This document shows, piece by piece, positions 1 to 14,409 of a stretch of 64,000 nucleotides of DNA. The position numbers and the translations under genes are program-made. Every line of letters begins with the position of its first letter. The stretch's first letter is position 1. The notes below the pieces were generated by a model, which did not search any database, was not told the DNA's origin, and saw only the letters and a program-made list of their open reading frames with translations. Origin of the DNA: the human T2T-CHM13v2.0 reference genome, Homo sapiens; the NCBI RefSeq assembly GCF_009914755.1, contig NC_060937.1. The stretch is one strand, 5' to 3'.

Positions 1-3000
1 GTAGCTTGGAGAAGATGTAAAGAAACCCATGCACAATTCAAACAAGGGCTCTAAGTGGCAGAGCCGTATTTGAATCTGCATCCTCAGTCCATGTCCTTAA
101 CTGCAACTCTGTGCTGTTTCTCAGTCACCTGGGGAGGAAAGGTAGGTAAGGTAGATGAAAAACTGCTGCTGCACAGTGAATAATCACTTGGTTGTATTAC
201 TGCTGTGGTTACTATTATTCTAATTTCCCTACTATATATCATTAGGCTACTAAATGTGTAACTCAGGATTTTGAAAATGGCCAAAAAAGACAGCCAAAGA
301 AAATAGGATGAAGTAGTAAGCAGTGTCATCTGAAAATAAATTTAGAAATGAAAGATAAAGCAGGACCTAGGCTGCACTGGCCACACTCATTTGGGGGCCT
401 GACTCAGCAGAGCTCTGCCTGCAGGCAGCTGGTGCTGGGTCATGCCTGCATCCCACACCCAACAGGGAGGCTTCCTGAGCACAGACCATCCAGAGCTGAC
501 TGCTTCAGGGCCCAGAGACTAAAGTGAAAAAACTAGGCTACATCAAGCCTTGGCCTTTCTCAGGTGAACACAAGTAACAGTAGATTTTCTCTGCAAGTAA
601 ATACACATGATAGGCAGATAGCACATTCTTTTCGTTATTCAATAAATGTTTGTTAAATACCTACTTCAGCCATCTCTCAGCATGAAGAGAAGCAGGCTGA
701 TTGCACTGTCTTGGGTCCCCCAGTGCACAGGCCTGGATACTGCGGGAGGACCCGAGTCATCACTTCCACCCACTGAACAGGTGTTGCCTCCTAGGCCACC
801 TCCTGCCCCTCACAAATTCAAGCCAAGATGCCCCTGCACAGGCACATTGTTGCTCTTGGCCTGGTGACCAGGAAGTTTCTGTGAGCAGAGAGGTGAGGAT
901 TCTGGATGGGAGATCCATCTACCTCTGCCCTGGGAAGACAGGCCTAAATTAACTGTCCCTGTTCTTTAACAAGAAATGGGAGCTATCTCAGAATGGACAT
1001 AGCAAGTTGGAACTGGATTAATCATGTTGATATTAGAATAGCACATTTCTCTCAGACTTCTTGATGATTCCGTGCCTCAACTGGTCTTCAAACAAAAAGC
1101 ACCCTTTGTCCTACGTCTTCTTTTGTCCCTTTTGTACTACATCTGAACCTGTCTTATGTGTCACCTGCCTCGTCCAAAATGAGGCAAGCAACCTGTGTTT
1201 CTTCCTCCGCTCTTGCATCTTTCTTAGCCCTGCACCTGCACCAGGCAGTAACCTCAGCCTGGCTTGTCTCCCCCTTGGTTGGCCACACCTCAGCCTATAA
1301 CCTCTGACCTGCCCAAAATGAATAACCCAACCTCTCAATTTCTCAGAACCTGGCCAGCCAGAACACCCAGCAGTCATAGAACTATTTGGAGAAAATAAAG
1401 GAACTGAACTAAGTGCTCTAATGATATGTAACGTATAACTTCCTAAATATATTCATAATTTATTTATAAAGTAATACTGTAGTAATAAAATAATAAGAAG
1501 GAATAAGTAACATTTTAACATCTAGATGCATTTTTATTGGGAAATATATAAATTTACTAAGTAATTCTCTGTGTGAAAATAGCATATAGGCGATTGTGAT
1601 ACAATGACCCACGTCTTTGTCTGTCTTCACTCCCTTTTACTTTTGTCACTTCCTGTCCTTCTATGAACCTCTTAGTTTCCTCTTTGCATTCATGTATTTT
1701 TTTCTCCTAGCTTCTAAGGATGTCTCTTTATCAAACCACCATCCAAAGCATCAATTAAGCATCTGCATATCCATAGGACTTTTTCAGGGGCTGCCTTCCC
1801 ACATATTTTCTATTTATATCATTGTGTGTCTCATTTCGGACTTTCCACGTGTTTCCCAGTACATTTTGTGTCACACTCTCCCTGTGGGTTATTCTTTATG
1901 GGTCCATGTTTGTTTTTGTTTCTACATTGCGGCTTTATAATCCAGATTGTGACCAACCTGAATTAATTTATTATTGCTGGTATGTTCTGCATAAAGAATG
2001 ACATTGAATATGGTTGCAATAAGTTGAGTAGATCAGTTAGTATTCTACTTTGAAGTTAGGATTTCTTATAATGATTCTCTGCCCCAGTGGAATATAAAAT
2101 ATATGTATTGTGTTGAACTCCATTTTCCTGGGATAACAGATGCTTTTCTCTAATATGGTGTATTTGTCAGTGATTCATAAGCCAAGTGTGGTTTGATTTC
2201 ATTTCTTATCTATTGAATGAACCAGTCCTGATTTTTCTTCACTTCACTCAGTGACCTGTGGATTAGGGATTATGTGAAGGCTGCCTAGGTTCATGAAGAA
2301 TGGTTGAATCAAATGGAGGTGAATGGCAGAGGTAATTAGGACATGAACAGCAACGTAAGAGACATAAATTCATCTCTCTTGATATCCAGATCTCTATAGA
2401 TACTTCCTAATGCTTGTAAGAATTTGGAATACCGGTAAAGGAGAGAAGAGACATCAGTTGATGTCTTGGAGCTATGGAATGAGTTTCATGGTGATAGAAT
2501 TTGTTAGATTGGAATTTTGTATGAACACAGTGAGATCTGAGGCTCACTGAAGCAAAAGCATAGGGTCTCTATTATTCCAGGGTGGGGGTTCAAAGGTATT
2601 GTGTGGCCAAATAACAAGATAATAAACTCGCCACCAGCACTGCACTTTAATGCTTTGGGAGCGCCAAATAGCAGTTTCTCCTGGGCAAGAAGAGTTGGCC
2701 TGCCATCCAAATCGATCAAGGTGACTCAATTTCATATGTCGATAGGCAACTGTCAGATGGCTTCCGAAGGTCCACTACAGTTTCCTGACACTCTTCAGCC
2801 CAGAAAGGCTTTCCAAGAATCTGATGCAAATTCTGGTCTACGGCTCCCTCCCTACACACCCAGTTCATTTAAAGGACTCAGTAGGTGTGATTTTATTCTT
2901 TCATTCAAACAATGCAGTGGAAATGTAAGTGGTTCTAAAGGGAGAAAAGAACAGAAATAGAAACCAAGGCCTGTGCAAACTGAATCAAATGGGATTTTTA

Positions 3001-3929
3001 AAAATGGTAAAGCTTCAAAGCTTATTTTCAGAAGAAATTGTCTTCAAAATGACTCCTACTGAGTAACATAAAATGAAAATCCATTTGAGGATATAAAAAG
3101 GATGCACCAGCTTTCCTTGTTTGGTACCACAACTTTACTATTGTGAAATGTCATCTTTTTCTGTGCTAAATTTTCTTGGCCTTTTTTGGGTGTTGATGTT
3201 AACGGGATATTTTCGAAATTCCACATCTGTCCCAAGCTACAAAGAAGCATTTATAGCCATAAGTTTGTAGGACTGCTAGTTACAGGAGTTTTAAATATGG
3301 ACTCTAAATATTCTACATCTTTCAAAACCATTGATTGCCATTGATCAAAGAGAACTAAACTGCTTTTGAGGCTCTTTGGATCCTTTGCATAAATACATAT
3401 TGAGGGGCTGTTTTAAATGTCCATTAGATCTTAACATTTCTCTTTGGAACCATTACCATTTATCATATGACTGTAAATATAGATTCAGAGATGTTTAAAA
3501 CACACATTATTTACCTGGCAAGGCTTAATGGCTCCAAAAAATGCATTAAAGCCCATTTTTAACTCTTCTCCAAGAATAGATTCTGAACACCTCTCATATA
3601 TGAATTTTATTTTAGACCAGTGGAGGAGATTATGCTACTGAGTAATTTACCCAGTGTTTTAAATAAAATATATTTTCAAGGCATGTGCATTCAACAATTT
3701 TGTGACTATTTGTAAAAGTAATTTGCTTTGAGTAGGGCTTTGGTAGAAGCAGCCAGACATGGTTTTACTAAAGCATTTTTTTTTCACATAAAGCCTCAAA
3801 AGAGAAATAAGTTCTTTATCTTTAGAGTGAAAAATTACAAGATTTTCCATTTTTATTAGTTTTTATATGTAAATACATATATATGGTTAAAATCAATATT
3901 TCAGAAGACCTGATAATAAAAAATAAATA

Positions 3930-5620
3930 ATTACTGGAGCAGAACAAAGAGCCTAGCAATCTCCTTCACATTTATGGAAATTTGGTATGACAGGAGTAGC
4001 ATATAAACCAGTAGAGGAAAAATTGGCTGTTCAATAAATGTTGCTGAGATAATTGGTTATCCATAAGGTTAAAATAAGACCCTTACCTTATACTATGTCC
4101 AAAATAGCTCCCATGTGGTTTAAACAATTAAATGTGAAAATGAAAAAGTTTAACATTTTTAGAAGAAAATATCAGAATGTTTTATGACCTTAGGGTAGGG
4201 AGAGATTTCTAAAGGTACAAAACCTCCAAACCTTAAAAGAAAACATTGATAAATTTGAGTATATTAAAAAGTATAACGTCTATATAAAACATATACAAAG
4301 TAGAAAGATAACCTAGAAAACATTTGTAATGTATGTCACAACAGATTAGTATGATACGGATAACTTCTACATATTTATTACAAAAAAAAACACAATTGAA
4401 AAATGGGCCAAGGGTAAAGAGTAGGATAAGCATAAGAGAGGAAGGGCAAATGTCTGATAAACATATGAAAAGATGCTCTACCTTACTAATGATCAAGTAA
4501 AGGGAGAATGAAGCAAAGCAATGCCGGTTTTACCTTCTCAAGTTTCCAAAATTAAAGTTTTAGGATGCCAAGAGTTGGAAAGATTTGAAGCAAGAGGAAC
4601 ACTCAAGTGTTGCTGGTAGGAATTTTAATTGGTATCAGTAGTTTAGAGATTGATTTGGCATGATATACTAAAGTTGAAGATGTGCATTCCCTACTCTCTA
4701 GCAACTTACTGCTAGCTACATAGCCTAGAACAATGCTTGCATATGTATATTGATACATAAGTAGATATATATTCTTTTTAAAATTGTTTTTTAAAAAAGG
4801 GTCTTGCTATGTCATCCAGACTGGAGTGCAGTGGTGAGATCATAGCTCACTGCAGCCCTGAACTCCTGGGCTCAAGTGATCCTCCTGCTCTAACCTCCTA
4901 AGTAGATGGGACTACAGCTGCACACCGCCATGCCCAGTTAATTTAATTTTTTTTTCTTTTGTTGTAGAGACAGGGTCTTGCTATTTTGCCCAGGCTGGTC
5001 TTAAACTCCTGGTCTCAAGCAATCTTCCCATTGTGGCCTCGTAACAGCACTGGAATTACAGGTGTAAGTGACCACACCTGGCCCTAGGATATTTATGATT
5101 ATTTATAATAGTGAAGATTTGCAAACAGCCCAACTGTGCATTAATGGAAGGATTAATAAATACATTGTAATCACAAATACTATATTAAATAACAAAAACA
5201 AAAATCCTGAATGAAGAAGTAGGGCTACATATATCACGATGGAAAAATCTTAAACAAATAATATTGAAGGAAAAATTGGCAAACTAGTTACTTAAAGTAA
5301 AAAAGAAATACTATGTATTTTATGGATTTATGCCTATGAAGAAAAAAAAACATTCAAATGAATGAAGAACCAATGTCTAGCTAGTCATTAACCCTGGGAA
5401 AGGTGGGTAGATGATGGATTAGAGAAGTACATTTGGTTCTTTAATTATGTTTTACTTTTTTTAGCTTAAAAAGAGCTCTAAAAACTTTGTAAATAAGAAA
5501 AACTAGAACAAATATGGCAAAATACCTAAATTTGATAAACTTGGGATGTACTTGGATATTTATTATGTTATCTATACTTTACTTTTTTGAATTCTTAAAA
5601 TATTTCTGATTTAAAATTTA
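3930..5620 (+). mobile_element. Old L1 (L1ME-type) ORF2 3' end and 3'UTR, interrupted by AluJ
   Basis: A-rich L1 ORF2 motifs (ttcaataaatgttgctgagataattggttatcc, catatgaaaagatgctc, tgctggtagg) ending in an A-rich tail near 5620; heavily diverged, boundaries approximate. Confidence 0.7.
4774..5083 (-). mobile_element. AluJ
   Basis: Dimeric Alu in reverse with J-type features (gggtcttgct, ctcctgggctcaag), ending acctggcc at 5083. Confidence 0.9.
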
Positions 5621-6639
5621 AAAAAATTTAAAGTAGTCTCCTTAGACTTTCTTTCATTTTTTGTACCACTTCCCAGAGGCAACCATTATTAACCACCCTT
5701 AGGTTTCTTCTAGCAGTTTCTCCCCTATCTCTAGTTAAGCTGAATATTCCACTAATTGAAACATTATCTATTTCCGATAATGAAAGTTGTTAATTGTGCT
5801 CAAATACACCACTTTCTACCTTCCCTCAGCAATTTTTAAGCATAGTTATATCAAGATTTTTAGTTCCTTTATTGGTTCATATACAGTTTTAAGAAACATG
5901 TTATATCTAAATCTTAATTTCTAATTCCATGAATTATAGATAGTATTTATTGCTGCTCTCCTGGAGACACTTTACTGTTTTCCTTCCCTTCCATCTCTGA
6001 GACTTTTTCTTTTATAATTTTACATCAGATTGATAATATCTACATTCTATTCCATAATCATCGTATAATCTTCTGTGCCTTTTCTCTGTGGTATACTAAA
6101 AATCAAAATTAATAAAGACTATTTGTAGTATTGTGATTATTTTAAGTGATTTAAAACACATTCAAGCAGCAAATTATAGTTTTATTCTTTTTCTCATATT
6201 TGTTTTTATGATTCCTGGAAATTTTAATCACTCTTATTTCTTTAATTACCTACCATTATCTCAAAATTTTCAGATGTCCCATAATATCAAGCATTCCATT
6301 GAGGGGCTAAAATGATTACGAAAGATTTTTGTAAAGTAGAAATTAATCCAAACAGATAACTGAAATCACTTACTAGATGTCTAAAGCCTAGAAGAAATAA
6401 ACTACTGAAAAGCATAACCCATCATTGTTAAATAGCAAAGAATTTTTTAATCTTTGGCTTTATATTAAACAGTTATTTCTTGAAGGAATAACAACCAAGA
6501 GTGCAACTTAAATTCCATCTCTAGGAATAACCAGGAGAGTATATTTGATCTAGACTCACCATCAAATAATGACATGTCACTAAGTAATTGCAACTCTCTA
6601 ATATGATAATTAATGAAAAATGCTCACTGCAATATTTGT

Positions 6640-6812
6640 CTATCATCTATTTACCTATCATTTATGATCTATTATCTATGATCTATCAATCATCTATCAT
6701 CTACCTATCATTTAATCAATCATCATCTATCATCTGTCATTTCTCTATTATCTATCTATCCATCCATCTATATAATCTAGATATCTATCTATCTAAATAT
6801 ATGCCTATCTCT
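6640..6812. repeat. Degenerate (TCTA/ATCT)n simple repeat
   Basis: Repeated tatc/atct units with interruptions. Confidence 0.85.
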
Positions 6813-7669
6813 AGCTGTTTTATTTCTGTTCTTGTTCCATAAAGCACACAAAGTGGTTTTCAGACTTTTAAAAGATAGCATACAGTAACCGTAAAGTGAA
6901 AAAGAAAACAAGAACAATGATAAAGATAGCAAATTCTCTTGACTCCTCCATTAGTGTAGGTAAGTGGGCCAAGTGTAAGATCAAGCATGAGCTAGGAAGG
7001 TAATGAAGTAACACCAGGCTGTAATGGAAGAACTCCTAGTATTTTCCTTCATTCAGGAGGGACTGACAATCGGGTCCATTAGCTAACGAGACCTGTGAAA
7101 TGTGGAGCTCAGAGGGGAAAATGCACAGAAACAGGGCAGCACAAGAACATCTAGCCCTTTGTGTCTGGGATGTTAGTAAACATCCAGGAGTAATTTGTGA
7201 GCAGAGAACATTGCTCAGTTTTTGAACCCATAAATCTGAAAGGGATGTAGTCAAGAAAGAGAGAGAAAGTATAGTTTTATAGAGTAGGGACACTTGTGTG
7301 GCAGATCATATGATTCTGCTGTCCACTTGCATGAAGTAAATCTCCTACAATGCATTCCAGTGGGTGAGTGTTTAGGTAGGCAGATGGGTGGCCCATTGGC
7401 TCTTCTAGAATTGATAAATTATACTCTTAGAGGGAATGGGTTCTGAGAAGAATAAAAGTGTCTGGCCCCAAGCAAATGTGAAATGCCATATTTACTGTCT
7501 TTTTCCAGTTCATTGTCTTCCAAATACTTTTTGAGAATATATCACACTCTACATACTTTCACATAAAGGACTGCACTGAATCCTCATGCTAACCCTGCAA
7601 GCGTGTTTCCTTATTTTTATTTGCAGAGAGGTAAAGAAGAAAGAAATAAGTAAATGAAAATACAGCATA

Positions 7670-7865
7670 GCTATTCGTTACTAAGTACTGTGTCAGGTAC
7701 CATTCCTATTTAATTTTATTTATTCCTCACAACTCCATGAGGGAGGCCTTATTTCCTTAATTTTACAATGAAGAAATCAAATCTCAGAAATGAGACAGAC
7801 CTCTCCTGGTGTCAAGCTGGAAATGGTGAATGTGAACTTAAGCCTGGTGTGTGTTCCCCAGAGCT
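7670..7865 (-). mobile_element. MIR SINE
   Basis: MIR core: attcctcacaactccatgagggagg...attttacaatgaagaaatcaaatctcaga. Confidence 0.7.
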
Positions 7866-8069
7866 TACCTCATGGAAGGGAATTCCGCACAAGGATCCCA
7901 TCAGGTGCTTTAGCAGTTGCACATATGTGTGGGGAAATTTCATTTTTAATGCATCACTTGTCTATATATCTAAAATAAAATATACTCAGAGATGTGATAT
8001 CCCAGATTTTCGCGCACTGAGGACCATTACATTTGACTTTCCCTGACTTGCAAAATAAAATTGTCACAA

Positions 8070-8380
8070 ACTTGCTTTACCCCAGTCTCCCTGTCTTAGA
8101 CTTCACTCCATAATCCTTGACACCTCCCTCTTTCCCAGCCTTCCACAGCCAATGGATCCTACAATCGTGGAGATGTCCTGAATGCCCCAGTCTGGGTCAG
8201 CATCCCACCTAACATTTGCAAAGCACTCTGTAGTACTTATTGCAGTGATTATTAAATAATCATCTGTGAATTAATTTTGTTTATGTCTATCTCCCCCACA
8301 AGATTTAAATTCCATGAGGGTAGCAAGCAGTTTCTCACCACATATTTCTAGTGGTGACCTATTAAATCTATAAATAAATG
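8070..8380 (+). mobile_element. L2 fragment(s)
   Basis: gtcatccttgacacctccctc-like segment and L2 3' motifs (tgtctatctccccc...taaattccatgagggtagc). Confidence 0.55.
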
Positions 8381-9068
8381 CCAGGTTAAATCATTTTTGT
8401 GCAGGCCTCAGATCAAAGCTTTCCTTCCATCTCTTTTTAATTGAAGAGTATCTTGAGATTATAGGACATGCTGTCATGCTGTTAAGGAACTGTTACCAAC
8501 TGTGACTCCTTTTCAGTATGAATCAAGATATTTTTTCTATGGGATGGAGCCAACAACAAAAAGGGCAAAAAAGAAATTGGATGCTGACCTCTGTAACTAC
8601 CAATTTCTAATTTAGGGATCCACCAAAATAGCCATATTGTTTGGTGATTGACTATAAAAAATAAAGGTTATAAAATTGAACTTATGACCTACACCTAGTT
8701 TCATAAAATACCACTTTAGTAAGTTTTATATAAAGTGAGAGGTCATGAATAATTGAATAATGACTAATACAACTCCCAAAAAATACTACTGGGCACAGAA
8801 GAGGCCCTCATTAAAATGCGTTAAATGACAGAATGAATTTAAAGAATGAATGAATGCTTATATCTGGTAAATGCCTGCATTAGCCATTGTGACTACTATT
8901 TTCCACTTTATTCATCAGCTATCTCTGTGCATCCTTTCACTTTGTAGTAAAAAGCTTTAGTAAAGGTGTACCTTTATAAAGATGCTTGTTCCTTTAGAGA
9001 GTCTAGGCATATACCACTCAAATTTCTTTACACAATCTTTGAAATAGCACCTAAGAAGTTTCTATTTC

Positions 9069-9378
<310 letters not shown>

Positions 9379-11730
9379 CTACTTCAAGAAGCCAGAAAAC
9401 TGTGAGACCAGTGTTTATTCTTGGTTTAAAAGACAGCAGAAAGAGCAAGAGAGCCTGTTTGATTTCATGCTTTTTTTTTCCTGTAATGTTTGTGTTTTGA
9501 CTTTTAAAATTATTAAGGTTTTCATAAATATTTGAACCCTGTGAAAATAATCTCATCAGCATTCTTTTTCTAGGTCTATAAAGCAATTACAAGCTTGAAA
9601 GTGCTATTTTATTGTAATAAAAAGGAGAGTATTGGTGATATGTGGTTTGTGCTTTATTAAAGCCAGCTTGCTTAGACTTTAAAATGAGTAATTGCCAGCA
9701 TAATTACTGTTTTACATTATGTGATCTGCACTCAGCTTTTTCGGTGAATCAGATGTCTTTCCACAGGTTTATGATGCTGTTGCTCACAGGACTAAAGAAA
9801 ATCTAGTTAAATAATTTAGCACCTCTACCGTTACCTGTAACTGTGAATCTCCCTTTTGCTAAATTGGCCTGGAGCTTCTTTGAGTTAAGCCCAGAATAAA
9901 AATACCCACACACACTCTTGACTGCCTTGAGAGCCCTGTCTCCCTAATGTGTTCATTTCTTCCTGTCTCTTCTTTCTCTCCTGTCCGCTGAAGGGCTCAC
10001 GCCTTCACAGGAAGCTGCATTTCTCCTTGGGTTAAAGGGGGTGCTGTCTCATTCTCACAGACAAGGGGCTAACAAATTGCAGGGTGCATATATCATGGGG
10101 CTCCAGACACCAAAGCATCAGTTATGTCTCATCTTTGTTTCCCCACTCCTCCTCTCTCTTGCCTTCTTTTTTACTTCCCTAGACACTGAAGACAGTAATT
10201 AAACACGTCACTCTGCCTCCTATAAATGCCTGCAATGTATATAGGCTCTAAGACCTGGTTATCACTCATCATGCACTGCCTTCTAAAGAATTTGGTTTGT
10301 TTGTGTAGTTTTATCTTACAAAATAGATTATAAGCTCTACAAGACCATGACCATCTTCTTCTTTTGTCTTACTCATAGTAACTTGGATATAGTAGGTAGT
10401 AATTAAGTACAGAAGGGAGAGACTAAACCTACAGGATGCCTCTTCTCTAGTCTGAATTAGCCCCTTAAAGCCCCAAAGAAGGAAGAAAACCTGAGATTCA
10501 TATTCATTCTCCCACCATCCTTGGGTTTTGCACTAGCTTTATTTTGCTTTTGAGGCTTATGGGGGTCGGAAAAAAAAATGAAGAGAGAGTCTTTCAGTGA
10601 CATGCTTGTGGTCTTCTATTTTCTCTCTAGCTTATTTTTAAGTGAGCCAGCATATCTGGTTAGCTATAGTTATCATCACTGAGTAGGCTCCTGATAACGC
10701 ATTTTGTTGCTATTTCACCATCCTTTGCTTTTATCCTCATCTCAAAATAGACGCAACATGTACTGCGAAAGGAAATTTCTTCTATTGATGCAAAGCAATA
10801 TGGAAATAAGATTTTCCTCTTCTGGTTATAATCCTTGTATCTTGATAGGCCTCTGGCTCCTAAGATGATGACATAGATATGTTTTGCAGTATTTTGAAGT
10901 TGGCTGCTCACTTAGGAAGTCGTGTTTTATGTCTTTCCTATAGCATGTTTAAGGGTGTCATTAAAAGAACAATTCACATTAGCATATCATCCTGTTCTCT
11001 CTTCCTTGCATATCTTTATAAGAACTCAATGAAATACTATATAATGATAAACCCTGCAAGAAACTGAAGAAAAATCATAAAATTTATAGAAAGACTTACG
11101 TGAGCAGATAGCGGGGACCTAGAAACTGTGAATTAACAAGCAGCCTCTGTGGCAAAGTTTTAAATTCTTCGAAACCCTCTCCTGCTGATTGTCTCTCTAC
11201 TGAGCCTAATGATAATTCCTCTTGTTATTGAAGAGCAAGGTGTTCATGTGTTTTTATGGTGCATATCACCTGAGCATGAGGTGCTTAGATATATAATTTT
11301 AGAACAAGACACAGCATTTTTATATCTTTATCTACTTAATGACCTCATATTTGTCTCTCCTCTGGTAAGCCAGTGATTTGTGTTTCACTTAGGAGTCTTC
11401 AGGGATTTACCACAGGTACAGTGTTGTCTCTGAGGGAGATTTTTCTATGACCAAATTGAACTGGGTTAATTAGAATGTTTGCATAAATAATAATATTTCT
11501 CTAATAATAATACTGAGAAGTTTATATTCAAGGAATATTTACAGACACATCATTTTCATGGAAGAAAATGCACCTCAGGTATTGACTTTACTGAGCTAAT
11601 GTCAAACGAGCCAATCTGGCCATGGACTAATAATAATAATATATTCTATACTTACAGATTTCTCAAGTCATCCCCAATGCTTTCATAGATATTACCTTAT
11701 TTGATTTTCAATAGTAGAAAGATTGTTATA

Positions 11731-12046
11731 CAATCTACATTACCTTATCTAAACACATAGGGCCAGATATGTTTCTTAAACAAAAGTTTCAGACTGTTTA
11801 AGATAGCATTGTGCATTGGCCGTATATTACATGACACCCAGGGCTTGTCTGGCAGTTCCTGGAGCCAAGCTCATTAAAATTACTGCAGTGAAACTTATGA
11901 ATAGCTAAACAAAATAATTTAAGTAATAAATATAAAGGGTCTTATTTCACTTTAAATCAGGTTTTGACAATCAATGATTTAGGGAAAAAAAGGCGGGGTT
12001 TTCAGAGATTGGGGATTTAACATTTAAGTAAGAGATGGTTACCCTG
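11731..12046 (+). mobile_element. MER46C-like TcMar-Tigger MITE
   Basis: TA-flanked ~315 bp element with ccttatc...gggccagatatgtttc start, caggttttg, ggttttcagag and a ...cctg end matching my recollection of the MER46C consensus. Confidence 0.65.
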
Positions 12047-12060
12047 TATGAAATACATGT

Positions 12061-12357
12061 GGCCGGGTGCAGTGGCTCATGCCTGTAATCCCAACACTTT
12101 GGGAGGTTGGATGGGCGGATCACCTGAGGTCAGGAGTTTGAGACCAGCCTGGCCAACATGGTGAAACCTCGTCTCTACTAAAAATACAAAAACTAGCCAG
12201 GCGTGCTGGTGGGTGCCTGTAATTGCAGCTACTTGGCAACTGAGACAGGATCATCACTTGAATCTGGGAGGCAGAGGTTTCAGTGAGCCAACATTGTGCC
12301 ACTGCACTCCAGCCTGGGAAACAGAGCGAGATTCCGTCTAAAAAAAAAAGAAAGAAA
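12061..12357 (+). mobile_element. AluSx
   Basis: Full Alu (gatcacctgaggtcaggagtttgagaccagcctggccaac); exact TSD gaaatacatgt at 12050-12060 and 12358-12368. Confidence 0.95.
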
Positions 12358-12599
12358 GAAATACATGTTAAAAATCCCAGGTTTTCACTGGCAAAGCCAA
12401 AAATATTCCATAGGATATTGCATCTCAATTTCTTGTTATAAAAATAGTCTCACAAATTTGTCAATGCACTGTCCTGTTTTTTATAAAGTCTTTAATCATT
12501 CCACTTGAGTCTCCTGCTTCTTTTTTGAATTCACATTTATGCTTTTCTCAAGAAACTTTCCCCCGGGGTCGTGACTCTTATATTTTCTATTTTCAACTG

Positions 12600-12760
12600 T
12601 AGAAAGAACACATGGGTGTTCGCTTTGGATCCAGACAGATCTAGATTTTAATCCCACTGAGGCTTTCAGTAACTTACTTGAACTCTGGGAACCTTATTTT
12701 ATTCTCCTCTACAATGGGAATAATAATATCTATCTTGTAGTTTTTATGTGAATGTTAAAA
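12600..12760 (+). mobile_element. MIR SINE (host of the following AluJb)
   Basis: gctttggatccagacagatctag...ctacaatgggaataataatatctatctt. Confidence 0.65.
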
Positions 12761-12770
12761 TATATATGTT

Positions 12771-13628
<858 letters not shown>

Positions 13629-14409
13629 CTTGCAGTAAATGTTTCTCGCTTCTCATAATCTGCTTTTCATTAGTACCTTTAAACTCTCTTTGCAGTTCTT
13701 CTGAACCTTCCAGTCTGGGTTTACTGGGTAATTCCTGTGTTGCATTCACAGCCCACCCATGGATAACCTCCCAGTCCTCTCCCCTGGCAAGTGCCTTCTC
13801 TTTCTCTACCCTTCAACATGATTTTGGTTTAACCAGCAGTTTGTAATGTAAGGCATTTTACATGACATTTCTGTTTTATCCCACTTTTATTTCCTGCAGG
13901 CTCTTAAAGATCTTTTTAATGGTCTCATCTTAAATTCCTTTAATTCCTATTTTATGATTATAGAACTCTTTTGATGTTTCATTGTGAAATACTTTACCAA
14001 GCTTCCTTTTAGCTTCCTCTCTTCCAACTTCTTCATCCTATCTTTTCTTTCTTGTTATTTTTTTCTTTAGTCTCCTTTTTCATTTTACAAAAAGTTTTCT
14101 CTTTATTGCTTTATTTCCCTCTTGGGATCATATTCTTCGTCCCAGCAGGCTCCTCAGCTTCAGAAGTGAAGCTCATGTATCTTTCACAACACTCTGGAGA
14201 GATTAAAGCCAATAAAAAGTAATGTGCACATTATATTAACATTTATGAACACTTAAAACACACAAAACAGTAGTATGTATTGTATGGGTACGCTAAAATG
14301 TAGAAAAAACTTAAAAAATGCACTGAGCAGATAGAGATCAGCTTTAGTGGTAATTACATATGTGGAGACAAGGAGTGAACTGGGTAAGGTAGGGATTCTT
14401 TAGTTATAG

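Noticed and set aside
2601-2960. 119-aa ORF in unique sequence
   Set aside because: GTG start, no recognisable domain and no convincing splice-site pair; length compatible with chance
6640-6812. Regularly repeated units that might mimic a spaced-repeat array
   Set aside because: Degenerate TCTA tetranucleotide microsatellite, with no repeat-spacer architecture
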